A stretch of DNA of 32,000 bases, from positions 2,010,001 through 2,042,000 of the forward strand of contig NZ_RSDW01000001.1 of the NCBI RefSeq assembly GCF_003945235.1. Reading direction: 5' to 3'. The position numbers were made by a program, and so were the translations under genes. Shown piece by piece: positions 25,602-32,000 of this stretch. This DNA comes from Edaphobacter aggregans. GTDB lineage: Bacteria; Acidobacteriota; Terriglobia; Terriglobales; Acidobacteriaceae. The notes beneath the pieces were generated by a model. That model had not been told where the DNA came from. It searched no databases and saw nothing but the letters and a program-made list of their open reading frames with translations. Within the stretch, counting starts at the first letter, position 1. Every line of letters begins with the position of its first letter.

Positions 25602-28600
25602 TTAGTGAATGTCGAACTGCTCGGGGTGAAGCGCCGGATCGGACTTGACCAGGATCGTCTTGCCGACCATTTCTTCCATCTCCTGTAGCCAGCGCGTTCC
25701 CGGCGCCTTGAGTTGCTTGACGACCTCCGGGTTGACGCGAAGCATCACGTCGCCACGATCCAGATGCTTGTTCATCTTGCGCATCTCGATGTAGATGTCG
25801 TTGCAGACGGTGACAGGCGACTTGACCATGCCCGTACCGGTGCAGACGCCGCAGGTAGTCGATAGTGTGCGCTCAAGCGACTGTTTGACGCGCTTACGAG
25901 TGATGGCGACCAATCCGAAATCGTTGAACTGAAGCACCTTTGATGGAGCGCGGTCGGTCTTCAATTCTTCTTCCAATGCAGCCATCACCTTGTGGCGATT
26001 CTTGCGCTCATCCATATCGATGAAGTCGATGATGATGATGCCGCCAAGATCGCGCAGACGAATCTGGCGAACGATCTCGGGGATGGCATCGAGGTTAGTC
26101 TTGACGATCGTGTCCTCGAGCCGCGCCGTCTTGCCGACGTACTTGCCCGTGTTGATGTCGATAGCGACAAGAGCCTCAGTCTGGTTGATGACAATCGATC
26201 CGCCAGACTTGAGCCATACCTTGCTGCGAAGCGCCTTGTTGATCTCTTCGGTGATGCCAAATTGTTCGAAGAGCGGCGTCTCTTTGGTGTAGAGCTTCAC
26301 GCGGCGAATCAGCGACGGCTGGAAGCGCTGCAGGAAGCGCAACACGCGCTCATACTCGCTCTCACTGTCAACCCAGATGGCCGAGAAGTTGTCGGTGACC
26401 TGATCTCGAAGGATGCGCTCGACCAGATTGAGGTCGTGGTAGATCAGCGCCGGCGACTTCGATGACTCGGACCGCTGCTTGATGTCGGCCCACAGGTTCA
26501 GCAGGAAGCGCAGGTCGCTGCGCAGCTCTTCTTCGCTGGCTCCCGAGGCTGCAGTACGGACGATGAAGCCGCCAGTGGCTTCGCCCTTCTCGCTCAGAAG
26601 AATCTCCTTCAGGCGGCGACGCTCGCCGTCCGATTCAATCTTGCGCGAAACACCAGTGTGGTTGACCGTCGGCATAAAGACCAGGAAGCGGCCAGGCAGA
26701 GCGATGTGCGATGTAATGCGCGCGCCCTTCTTGGCGATAGGCTCCTTGGCAATCTGCACCAGAACCTCCTGACCCGGCTTCAGCAGATCGCTGATGGCAG
26801 GCAGATTGGTGCTCTGCATGGAACTGCGTCCACCGCGACGATCGCGTCCACCGCTGCGGTCATGGTCTCCTGCTCCGCCTGTGTGCCGCGAACGGTCACG
26901 ATCGCGCCCACCACGACGGCCATCGCGGCGTCCGTCACGACGTCCACGGCCACGATCACCCTCACGGCGCTCACGTGTGGGCGCAGTCTGCTCGAATCCA
27001 TCGGCGACAACCGGCTCGGCTCCGTCAGCAAACTCCTCTTGAATCAGGGTGTCTTCCGGCTCCGCATCCTCGGACTCGTCAAGATCCTCTTCCTCAGTCT
27101 CAATCTCGTCGAAGGTGCGGTCATCGATGGTGTCTTCCTCTTCGAGATCGTCTTCTTCTTCCTCTTCGACACCGGAACTGGTGATCTGATCGATGGACAT
27201 CTCGCGAAGCATGGTGCCGAGATCGGCCGCCCCTTCAAGCGTCTCTTCTTCGTCAAGATCGTCGATCTCTTCAATCGCGCTGGCATGCAGCGTTGCGCGG
27301 AAGTCTTCCTCCTCCTCGAGGATCTCTTCCTCCGTCTCGCCAGACACAGGAGCGAAGTCCTGATGGAAGGCCTTTGCTTCGACCTCGACTGGATCGGCAG
27401 GCGTCTCAGAGATCATCTCGCCGGTCGCATGAAGCGTCGTGACAGCGTGCTCAATCAGCTCAGGTTCGCTGCTCTGCTCTGCGTGATAATCGATCTCGCG
27501 CTCTTCGACATGATCGAAGACCGCATTGAGAGTAGAGGCTGGAAGCGTCTCTGCCTGCTCAGCACGCTCCTCGACTTCCTCCACCAACTCGGGCTCAATA
27601 ATCGGCGCGCTCTGGCGAAACTCGCTTGGCGCAACCGGATCCAGACGGTAAGAGGCAGAGGCCTCGATCGGCTCGTACTCAACAGGAACTATAGGCTCTG
27701 TAGGCTTTGGCTCTTCTACGACAACAGGCTCGGCAGCAGGAGCCTGATCGAGCAGTGCAGTCACAGCAACTTCCGCTTCTTGCGCAACTGGAACTACCGG
27801 CGCCGGAACAACCTGGTCGGCAAATTCCGGCCGAGGCTCCTGGCGCGGTTCAGACCTGCGATGACGCGAGAGCGATTCACCCGGCAGCGTTGAACCGCCA
27901 TCCCAACCATCGGGAATGACGTAGCTGGCGACTTGCGGGATGATGACGTGCGGCTCAATGGCCTTGGATGCTCCCGCTGTCTGAGCTACGGATGACTGCG
28001 ATGACGCAGGCTCCTGACCGCCGGTGCGGTACTTGGAGAGCGACTCACCTGGCAGCACAATCGGCTCCGGTGCATGGCCGTCAGATGCTGGCGCCTCATC
28101 GTAAGCCGGAGTGTTATCCACGCCATAAAGCGCAGTCTTCGGGGCAAAACCACGGGGCACACGGCGCTGATCGCCACGTCCACCACGGTCACGATCGCCG
28201 CGTCCACGTCCATCACGATCACGTCCACCGCGATCGCCACGGCCACGGTCGTCCCGCCGGCCGCGATCACCACGGTCTCCGCGATTGAAATTCTCCTGCG
28301 GTGCATCGGCCACCACGGGTGCTGATTCGTTCGATACTGGACGTTCACCAGCGCCGTCGATCTCAAAAGTTGACTCGTACTCTACCTCGTTCGAAGCAGA
28401 CTCGAGCGGAGCGTCTACACCGGTCTGCGGCTGCGACTCGACGCGCGGGCCACCACGGCCACGACGACGACCACGACGCCCGCGCCAGCGGCGGCTGCCA
28501 TCAGCTCCCGGCGCTCCTTCGCCAATCTCCGAAGCATCCGTGCGCTCCGTAAATGTACCTTCTGCGGTTGGAACAAACTCATCCGTGCGGTTGAACTCGG

Positions 28601-29090
28601 TAACGTATGCGTCCTGACCCTCTACCGGCTGCGCGTACTCCATGCCCGGCTGACGATCCCGATTGCCGCTGCGATCACCACGGCCACGACGGCCACGTCC
28701 GCCACGGTCGCGGTCGCCACGGCCGGAACGATTCGAATCATCAGCAGGAGCACCTTCAAGCGTCTGGGGCTCGCGATTGCCGCTGCGGTCTCCACGGCCA
28801 TCATGCCGCGGGGCTCGCTGCGAACCGTCACCATTTGTATCGAAGTCAGCGGAGTCGCCGGCCTCTTCCATAAAGTCAGTGATGTACAGGAAGGCATCGC
28901 GCTCGAGGCCGATGTCCACAAAACTCGACTGCATTCCCGGCAGTACGCGGGTCACTTTGCCGTTATAAATCGATCCGGCGAGCGTGTACTCGTTCTCGCG
29001 CTCATAATAAATTTCGGCTAGGGCGTCATTTTCGACGATGGCAAGCCGCGTCTCATGCGGCGTGCTGGATATATAAATTTCTTTCGACAT
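25602..29090 (-). CDS. rne: Rne/Rng-family endoribonuclease (RNase E/G) with a ~690-aa disordered insertion inside the S1 domain
   Basis: N-terminal S1 half (GSIYNGKVTRVLPGMQSSFVDIGLERDAFL), then Arg/Gly/Asp-rich and acidic low-complexity sequence. The S1 continuation (LKPGQEVLVQIAKEPIAKKGARITSHIALPGRFLVFMP) follows, then the catalytic core (ALVAIDINTGKY, GGIIIIDFIDM) and a Zn-link-like CGVCTGTG. Confidence 0.9.
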   Translation of the reverse strand: MSKEIYISSTPHETRLAIVENDALAEIYYERENEYTLAGSIYNGKVTRVLPGMQSSFVDIGLERDAFLYITDFMEEAGDSADFDTNGDGSQRAPRHDGRGDRSGNREPQTLEGAPADDSNRSGRGDRDRGGRGRRGRGDRSGNRDRQPGMEYAQPVEGQDAYVTEFNRTDEFVPTAEGTFTERTDASEIGEGAPGADGSRRWRGRRGRRRGRGGPRVESQPQTGVDAPLESASNEVEYESTFEIDGAGERPVSNESAPVVADAPQENFNRGDRGDRGRRDDRGRGDRGGRDRDGRGRGDRDRGGRGDQRRVPRGFAPKTALYGVDNTPAYDEAPASDGHAPEPIVLPGESLSKYRTGGQEPASSQSSVAQTAGASKAIEPHVIIPQVASYVIPDGWDGGSTLPGESLSRHRRSEPRQEPRPEFADQVVPAPVVPVAQEAEVAVTALLDQAPAAEPVVVEEPKPTEPIVPVEYEPIEASASYRLDPVAPSEFRQSAPIIEPELVEEVEERAEQAETLPASTLNAVFDHVEEREIDYHAEQSSEPELIEHAVTTLHATGEMISETPADPVEVEAKAFHQDFAPVSGETEEEILEEEEDFRATLHASAIEEIDDLDEEETLEGAADLGTMLREMSIDQITSSGVEEEEEDDLEEEDTIDDRTFDEIETEEEDLDESEDAEPEDTLIQEEFADGAEPVVADGFEQTAPTRERREGDRGRGRRDGRRDGRRGGRDRDRSRHTGGAGDHDRSGGRDRRGGRSSMQSTNLPAISDLLKPGQEVLVQIAKEPIAKKGARITSHIALPGRFLVFMPTVNHTGVSRKIESDGERRRLKEILLSEKGEATGGFIVRTAASGASEEELRSDLRFLLNLWADIKQRSESSKSPALIYHDLNLVERILRDQVTDNFSAIWVDSESEYERVLRFLQRFQPSLIRRVKLYTKETPLFEQFGITEEINKALRSKVWLKSGGSIVINQTEALVAIDINTGKYVGKTARLEDTIVKTNLDAIPEIVRQIRLRDLGGIIIIDFIDMDERKNRHKVMAALEEELKTDRAPSKVLQFNDFGLVAITRKRVKQSLERTLSTTCGVCTGTGMVKSPVTVCNDIYIEMRKMNKHLDRGDVMLRVNPEVVKQLKAPGTRWLQEMEEMVGKTILVKSDPALHPEQFDIH
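28661..28800 (-). repeat. Intragenic direct repeat encoding GRGDRSGNR(E/D) units of the rne Arg-rich block
   Basis: GATTGCCGCTGCGATCACCACGGCCA (28661..28686) and GATTGCCGCTGCGGTCTCCACGGCCA (28775..28800) match at 24 of 26 positions and lie 114 bp apart. Confidence 0.8.
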
Positions 29091-29726
29091 TCTCTGCTCT
29101 TTCTGCCCGGCCCCTTGAGGGTGCGCGAGCGGCAGACGAGCCGAAGATGAATCGAGAGTGCGTCTAACCCGGAGGCTAGGTGCAACTCACCGCGAGTGCG
29201 GACAGGCGTTGGGTGCGGAAGCTCAAGTGAACGATGCCCGGTGCGAGTTGTGAGTACAACCCTGCCGTAGCCGGGCTCCGAAAGAGCGCGGGGGTGGCGA
29301 CACAGGATGAATCGGGTACACAAGGGGGTGCTTCGAGCGCGAGCTGGCATGCGGAGTTTGTGACCAATTCAACCTCAAATGCTTGAGGCGGGGCCGTTTG
29401 CCTTCCGGATGCAATCATTTCCCTGAAACCTGTCCGGCCAACGGATCGAATCGTCTCAGGCTGGCCGGCCTTTTCTTCTAAAGATCTTGTTACCGCTGCC
29501 GGCGCCGTGCGCCTGAGGGAGCGGGTTGTTTCGCTGATCGGCATCTGGCCGAATCAGGTGATACAGATAGTATTGCACCAAACCCGTTGCAAGCGGTGGA
29601 GTTGCGCAATACGCGAACCAGAAAAATTCTGACCGGTTTCCTGATTCAACACTGGCCCTTGCCATCAGAAGGGAGGAAACCCCTTTACTTCAGACACTTG
29701 CGACCTTGCAGCAGAGTGTCTCGGGC
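29091..29726 (-). promoter_or_regulatory. Long GC-rich ORF-poor region upstream of rne, a putative structured 5' leader plus promoter
   Basis: 636 bp between the rodA stop and the rne ATG. It contains only overlapping ORFs with no recognisable family and several long GC hairpins. Confidence 0.45.
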
Positions 29727-30827
29727 CTAGTTCACAAACCGGCGCATGCGTATGTTCATGATGATACCCAGCGCGAGGAAGGTGAACAGAATCGACGACC
29801 CGCCGTAACTCATCAACGGCAGCGGGATTCCGGTAACCGGCATCAGACCCACAACCATGCCCACGTTGACCGCTATCTGGAAGACGATGACGGCGACGAC
29901 CCCCATGATGATGAAGGTGCCAGGCAGGTCTGATGCTGTTTGAGCGTTCTGAATCAAACGCATCAATATAAGAAAGTATAACAGCAGCACCCCAAGCGCG
30001 CCCACAAAGCCATGTTCCTCGCAGAAGGCCGCGAAGATGAAGTCGGTATAAGGGATAGGCAGAAAATCGCCCTGCGTCTGTGTCCCCTTATTTGCTCCCT
30101 TACCCCAAATTCCGCCCGAGCCGACTGCGATGAGCGATTGCCGAATCTGATACCCCGATCCACGAGGATCGGAGTCCGGGTCAATAAAGGACGTGAGCCG
30201 GGCCTTCTGGTATGGCTTCAACAACTTACCGGCCTTCCACGCACCGCCCACCAGGATGGCCAAACTCAGCACAATGATTGCCGCCTGCTTGAACCGGATG
30301 CCGCCAAGGAAGAGCCCGCAGACCAGAACCGGCAGATAGGTCAGGGACGTTCCCAAATCAGGCTGCTTGAGGACCATCAAAAACGGAACGCAGACCAGCG
30401 CGAACGCCTTGCCGATATCACCCCACGTAAGCTCTTTGCCCGCCAGATTCCAGAAATAACGTGCAACAGCAACAATGAGTATCAGCTTGATCCATTCCGA
30501 CGGCTGAAAGTGAATCCCTCCCGGCAGCTTGATCCAGCGCCGTGCGCCCAGCACCTTCGTTCCGACCAGCCGCACTGCAATCAGCGAGACGATGCCGATG
30601 CCATAGGCCCAGGGAACGATGTCGATCAGCCTGTGATAGTCGATCAGCGAGATTATAAACATCAGCAGCAGCCCAACGGCCAGGAAGCCGATCTGCTTTG
30701 TTTCGAAGCCGTGGAACTTGGTATGCAGCGTGGCCGACTTGATCTCAAGGACACTGATCAGCGAGAGCAGCATGACGAAGCCTAGGAGAACCCAGTCGAA
30801 GTCGCGATATGAAGAGAGCCGTTGCAT
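29727..30827 (-). CDS. rodA: Rod shape-determining SEDS glycosyltransferase RodA (FtsW/RodA/SpoVE family)
   Basis: 366 aa, about 10 TM. QPSEWIKL, DLGTSL, PYTDFIFAAFCEEHGF and the C-terminal PLPLMSYGGSS are SEDS hallmarks. It lies immediately downstream of mrdA. Confidence 0.9.
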   Translation of the reverse strand: MQRLSSYRDFDWVLLGFVMLLSLISVLEIKSATLHTKFHGFETKQIGFLAVGLLLMFIISLIDYHRLIDIVPWAYGIGIVSLIAVRLVGTKVLGARRWIKLPGGIHFQPSEWIKLILIVAVARYFWNLAGKELTWGDIGKAFALVCVPFLMVLKQPDLGTSLTYLPVLVCGLFLGGIRFKQAAIIVLSLAILVGGAWKAGKLLKPYQKARLTSFIDPDSDPRGSGYQIRQSLIAVGSGGIWGKGANKGTQTQGDFLPIPYTDFIFAAFCEEHGFVGALGVLLLYFLILMRLIQNAQTASDLPGTFIIMGVVAVIVFQIAVNVGMVVGLMPVTGIPLPLMSYGGSSILFTFLALGIIMNIRMRRFVN

Positions 30828-30858
30828 GGTCGCTGGAGTTAGGTTACCTGAATTGCTT

Positions 30859-32000
30859 TCACTCGTTGGCCGCTGGCTTGGGCGTGGACGCTACCGTATT
30901 TCCCGTTTCGGAACCCACCGAAGCAGTCGTGGCTGGCTTCGGTGTCTCAGCGGCAATGCGAAGATTGTTCGCTAGTCTGCGTTGCTTGGTCACGAAGGCG
31001 TTAATCACCTGCGCGGCGACGGGCGCGGAGCCAGCTCCCCATCCGCCGTGTTCCCACAGGACCGCAACGACAATGTCCGGGTTGCGCCGCGGGGCCATAC
31101 CGACGAACCACGCGTTCGCGCGCTCTTTTCCAGTTCCCAGACTGGTCATGCCTGCGCTGTGGCTCACAACCTGAGCCGTGCCGGTCTTTCCGGCAAAGTC
31201 GATACCTTCCATATGCACCGCGGCCGCCGTCCCGCTGATCGTCGTCTCCGCCATCGCGTCCGTGATCAACTGCCAGTTCCCCGTTGAAAGTTGAACCGTC
31301 TTATCCCCAGACCCCGGAAACGTCTCGTGCACCGCCTCCAGTTCATCGCCGGGCACCTCATCCGGAAACACCAGATGCGGCCTCCGCAGAGCGCCGCCCG
31401 AGGCAATCCCCCCAATCGCCCTCGCAAGCTGAATCGGAGTCACCGCCACTGCACCCTGCCCGATCCCAACCGAGATCACCTCGCCGGCATACCATTTCTC
31501 ATGGAAATTCTTCAGCTTCCAAGCCGTCGAGGGCATCGTACCCGTCACTTCATCCGGCAGGTCAACGCCAGTCCGTTGCGAAAAGCCAAGGTCCGTCGCG
31601 TACTTCGCAATCGTGTCGATTCCCAACTTATTCGCCAGCGTGTAGTAGAACGTATCGCACGACCACGGAATCGCATGCTCGATATCTACCATCCCGTGAC
31701 GTTTATCGCAGGCAAAAAAGTGCCCATAGAACGAAGCTCCCCCGCTGCACTGAACATGCATCGTCTGAGCCGCATTCTCCTCGAGTCCCGCGTACGACAT
31801 GATGATCTTGAACGTCGACCCCGGCGCAAGCTGTGCCTGTATCGCCTTGTTCATCAGCGGATGATCTGGATTGTTGATGATCTCGTTCCAATAGCTCTTG
31901 CTCAGCCGAACGGAAAACTCATTCGGATCGAACGAAGGCCGCGAAACCATGGCCAATATTTCACCGGTGTGAGGGTCCATCGCCACCATCGCTCCGGTCT
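30859..32000 (-). CDS. mrdA: Penicillin-binding protein 2 (MrdA), C-terminal transpeptidase part; 5' end lies outside the window
   Basis: VAMDPHTGEILAMVSRPSFDPN, the active-site STFK (GSTFKI), the SxD variant of the SxN motif (SCDTFYY) and KTGTA. The reading frame stays open to the window edge. Confidence 0.9.
   Translation of the reverse strand, partial: TGAMVAMDPHTGEILAMVSRPSFDPNEFSVRLSKSYWNEIINNPDHPLMNKAIQAQLAPGSTFKIIMSYAGLEENAAQTMHVQCSGGASFYGHFFACDKRHGMVDIEHAIPWSCDTFYYTLANKLGIDTIAKYATDLGFSQRTGVDLPDEVTGTMPSTAWKLKNFHEKWYAGEVISVGIGQGAVAVTPIQLARAIGGIASGGALRRPHLVFPDEVPGDELEAVHETFPGSGDKTVQLSTGNWQLITDAMAETTISGTAAAVHMEGIDFAGKTGTAQVVSHSAGMTSLGTGKERANAWFVGMAPRRNPDIVVAVLWEHGGWGAGSAPVAAQVINAFVTKQRRLANNLRIAAETPKPATTASVGSETGNTVASTPKPAANE

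Noticed and set aside
26658-27893. 411-aa plus-strand ORF, plus several 80-160 aa ORFs, antisense to rne
   Set aside because: They mirror the low-complexity, GC-rich repetitive coding sequence of the rne insertion. The products are Arg/Leu/Asp-rich with no motifs. The opposite-strand frame has unambiguous RNase E/G homology on both sides.
26800-28800. Short periodic GC-rich repeats (cgtccacc / cacggcca units) that superficially suggest a repeat array
   Set aside because: They are in frame within rne and encode RGD/GRD dipeptide-rich blocks. There is no repeat-spacer regularity, so this is neither a CRISPR array nor a non-coding tandem repeat.
29394-29412. Minus-strand GCAUCCGGAAGGCAAACGG, reminiscent of the SRP RNA domain IV GGAA tetraloop region. 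I also looked for RNase P and tmRNA signatures across 29091..29726.
   Set aside because: Only the CCGGAAGG core matches. The flanking conserved SRP bases (AGGUCAGGU..., ...AGCAGCC) are absent. I saw no GAGGAAAGUCCGGGCUC (RNase P) or tRNA-like acceptor/T-arm (tmRNA). A cmscan would be decisive.

Overview
About 60% GC chromosomal segment that reads as core genome of a Gram-negative soil bacterium. Gene content is consistent with Acidobacteriota/Terriglobia: a futalosine-pathway gene, a tandem-domain ThyX, Tat/Sec signal peptides ending in AQQ, and an mrdA-rodA-rne arrangement. That assignment is inference only. I support 34 protein-coding genes, two of them truncated by the window edges (coaD at the left, mrdA at the right). 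They include recA, fabG, hbd plus a MaoC dehydratase, and an ECF sigma / ZAS anti-sigma / LTXXQ periplasmic module. Others are a SatP-type channel, a rhomboid protease, a PP2C phosphatase, an orphan DNA methyltransferase, a VKOR homologue, a MqnC/MqnE radical-SAM enzyme, a CslA/C-like processive GT2, a secreted Xaa-Pro aminopeptidase and a beta-barrel OMP. I found no rRNA, tRNA, CRISPR array, transposase, integrase or recognisable defence island, and no clear new multi-gene system. The most unusual feature is the RNase E/G gene. Its S1 domain is split by a ~690-aa disordered insertion made of Arg/Gly/Asp-rich and acidic blocks, and it is preceded by a ~636-bp ORF-free leader. Secondary points are a 553-aa tandem ThyX with complementary motif loss in its two halves, a promoter-plus-terminator-bounded C-rich sRNA candidate, two AT-rich intergenic islands around a GNAT gene (one with a 12-bp direct repeat upstream of an XRE regulator), an orphan ZAS-motif membrane protein, and a VKOR / coiled-coil / Mqn cluster. 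All functional calls come from motif recognition by eye, with no database search.
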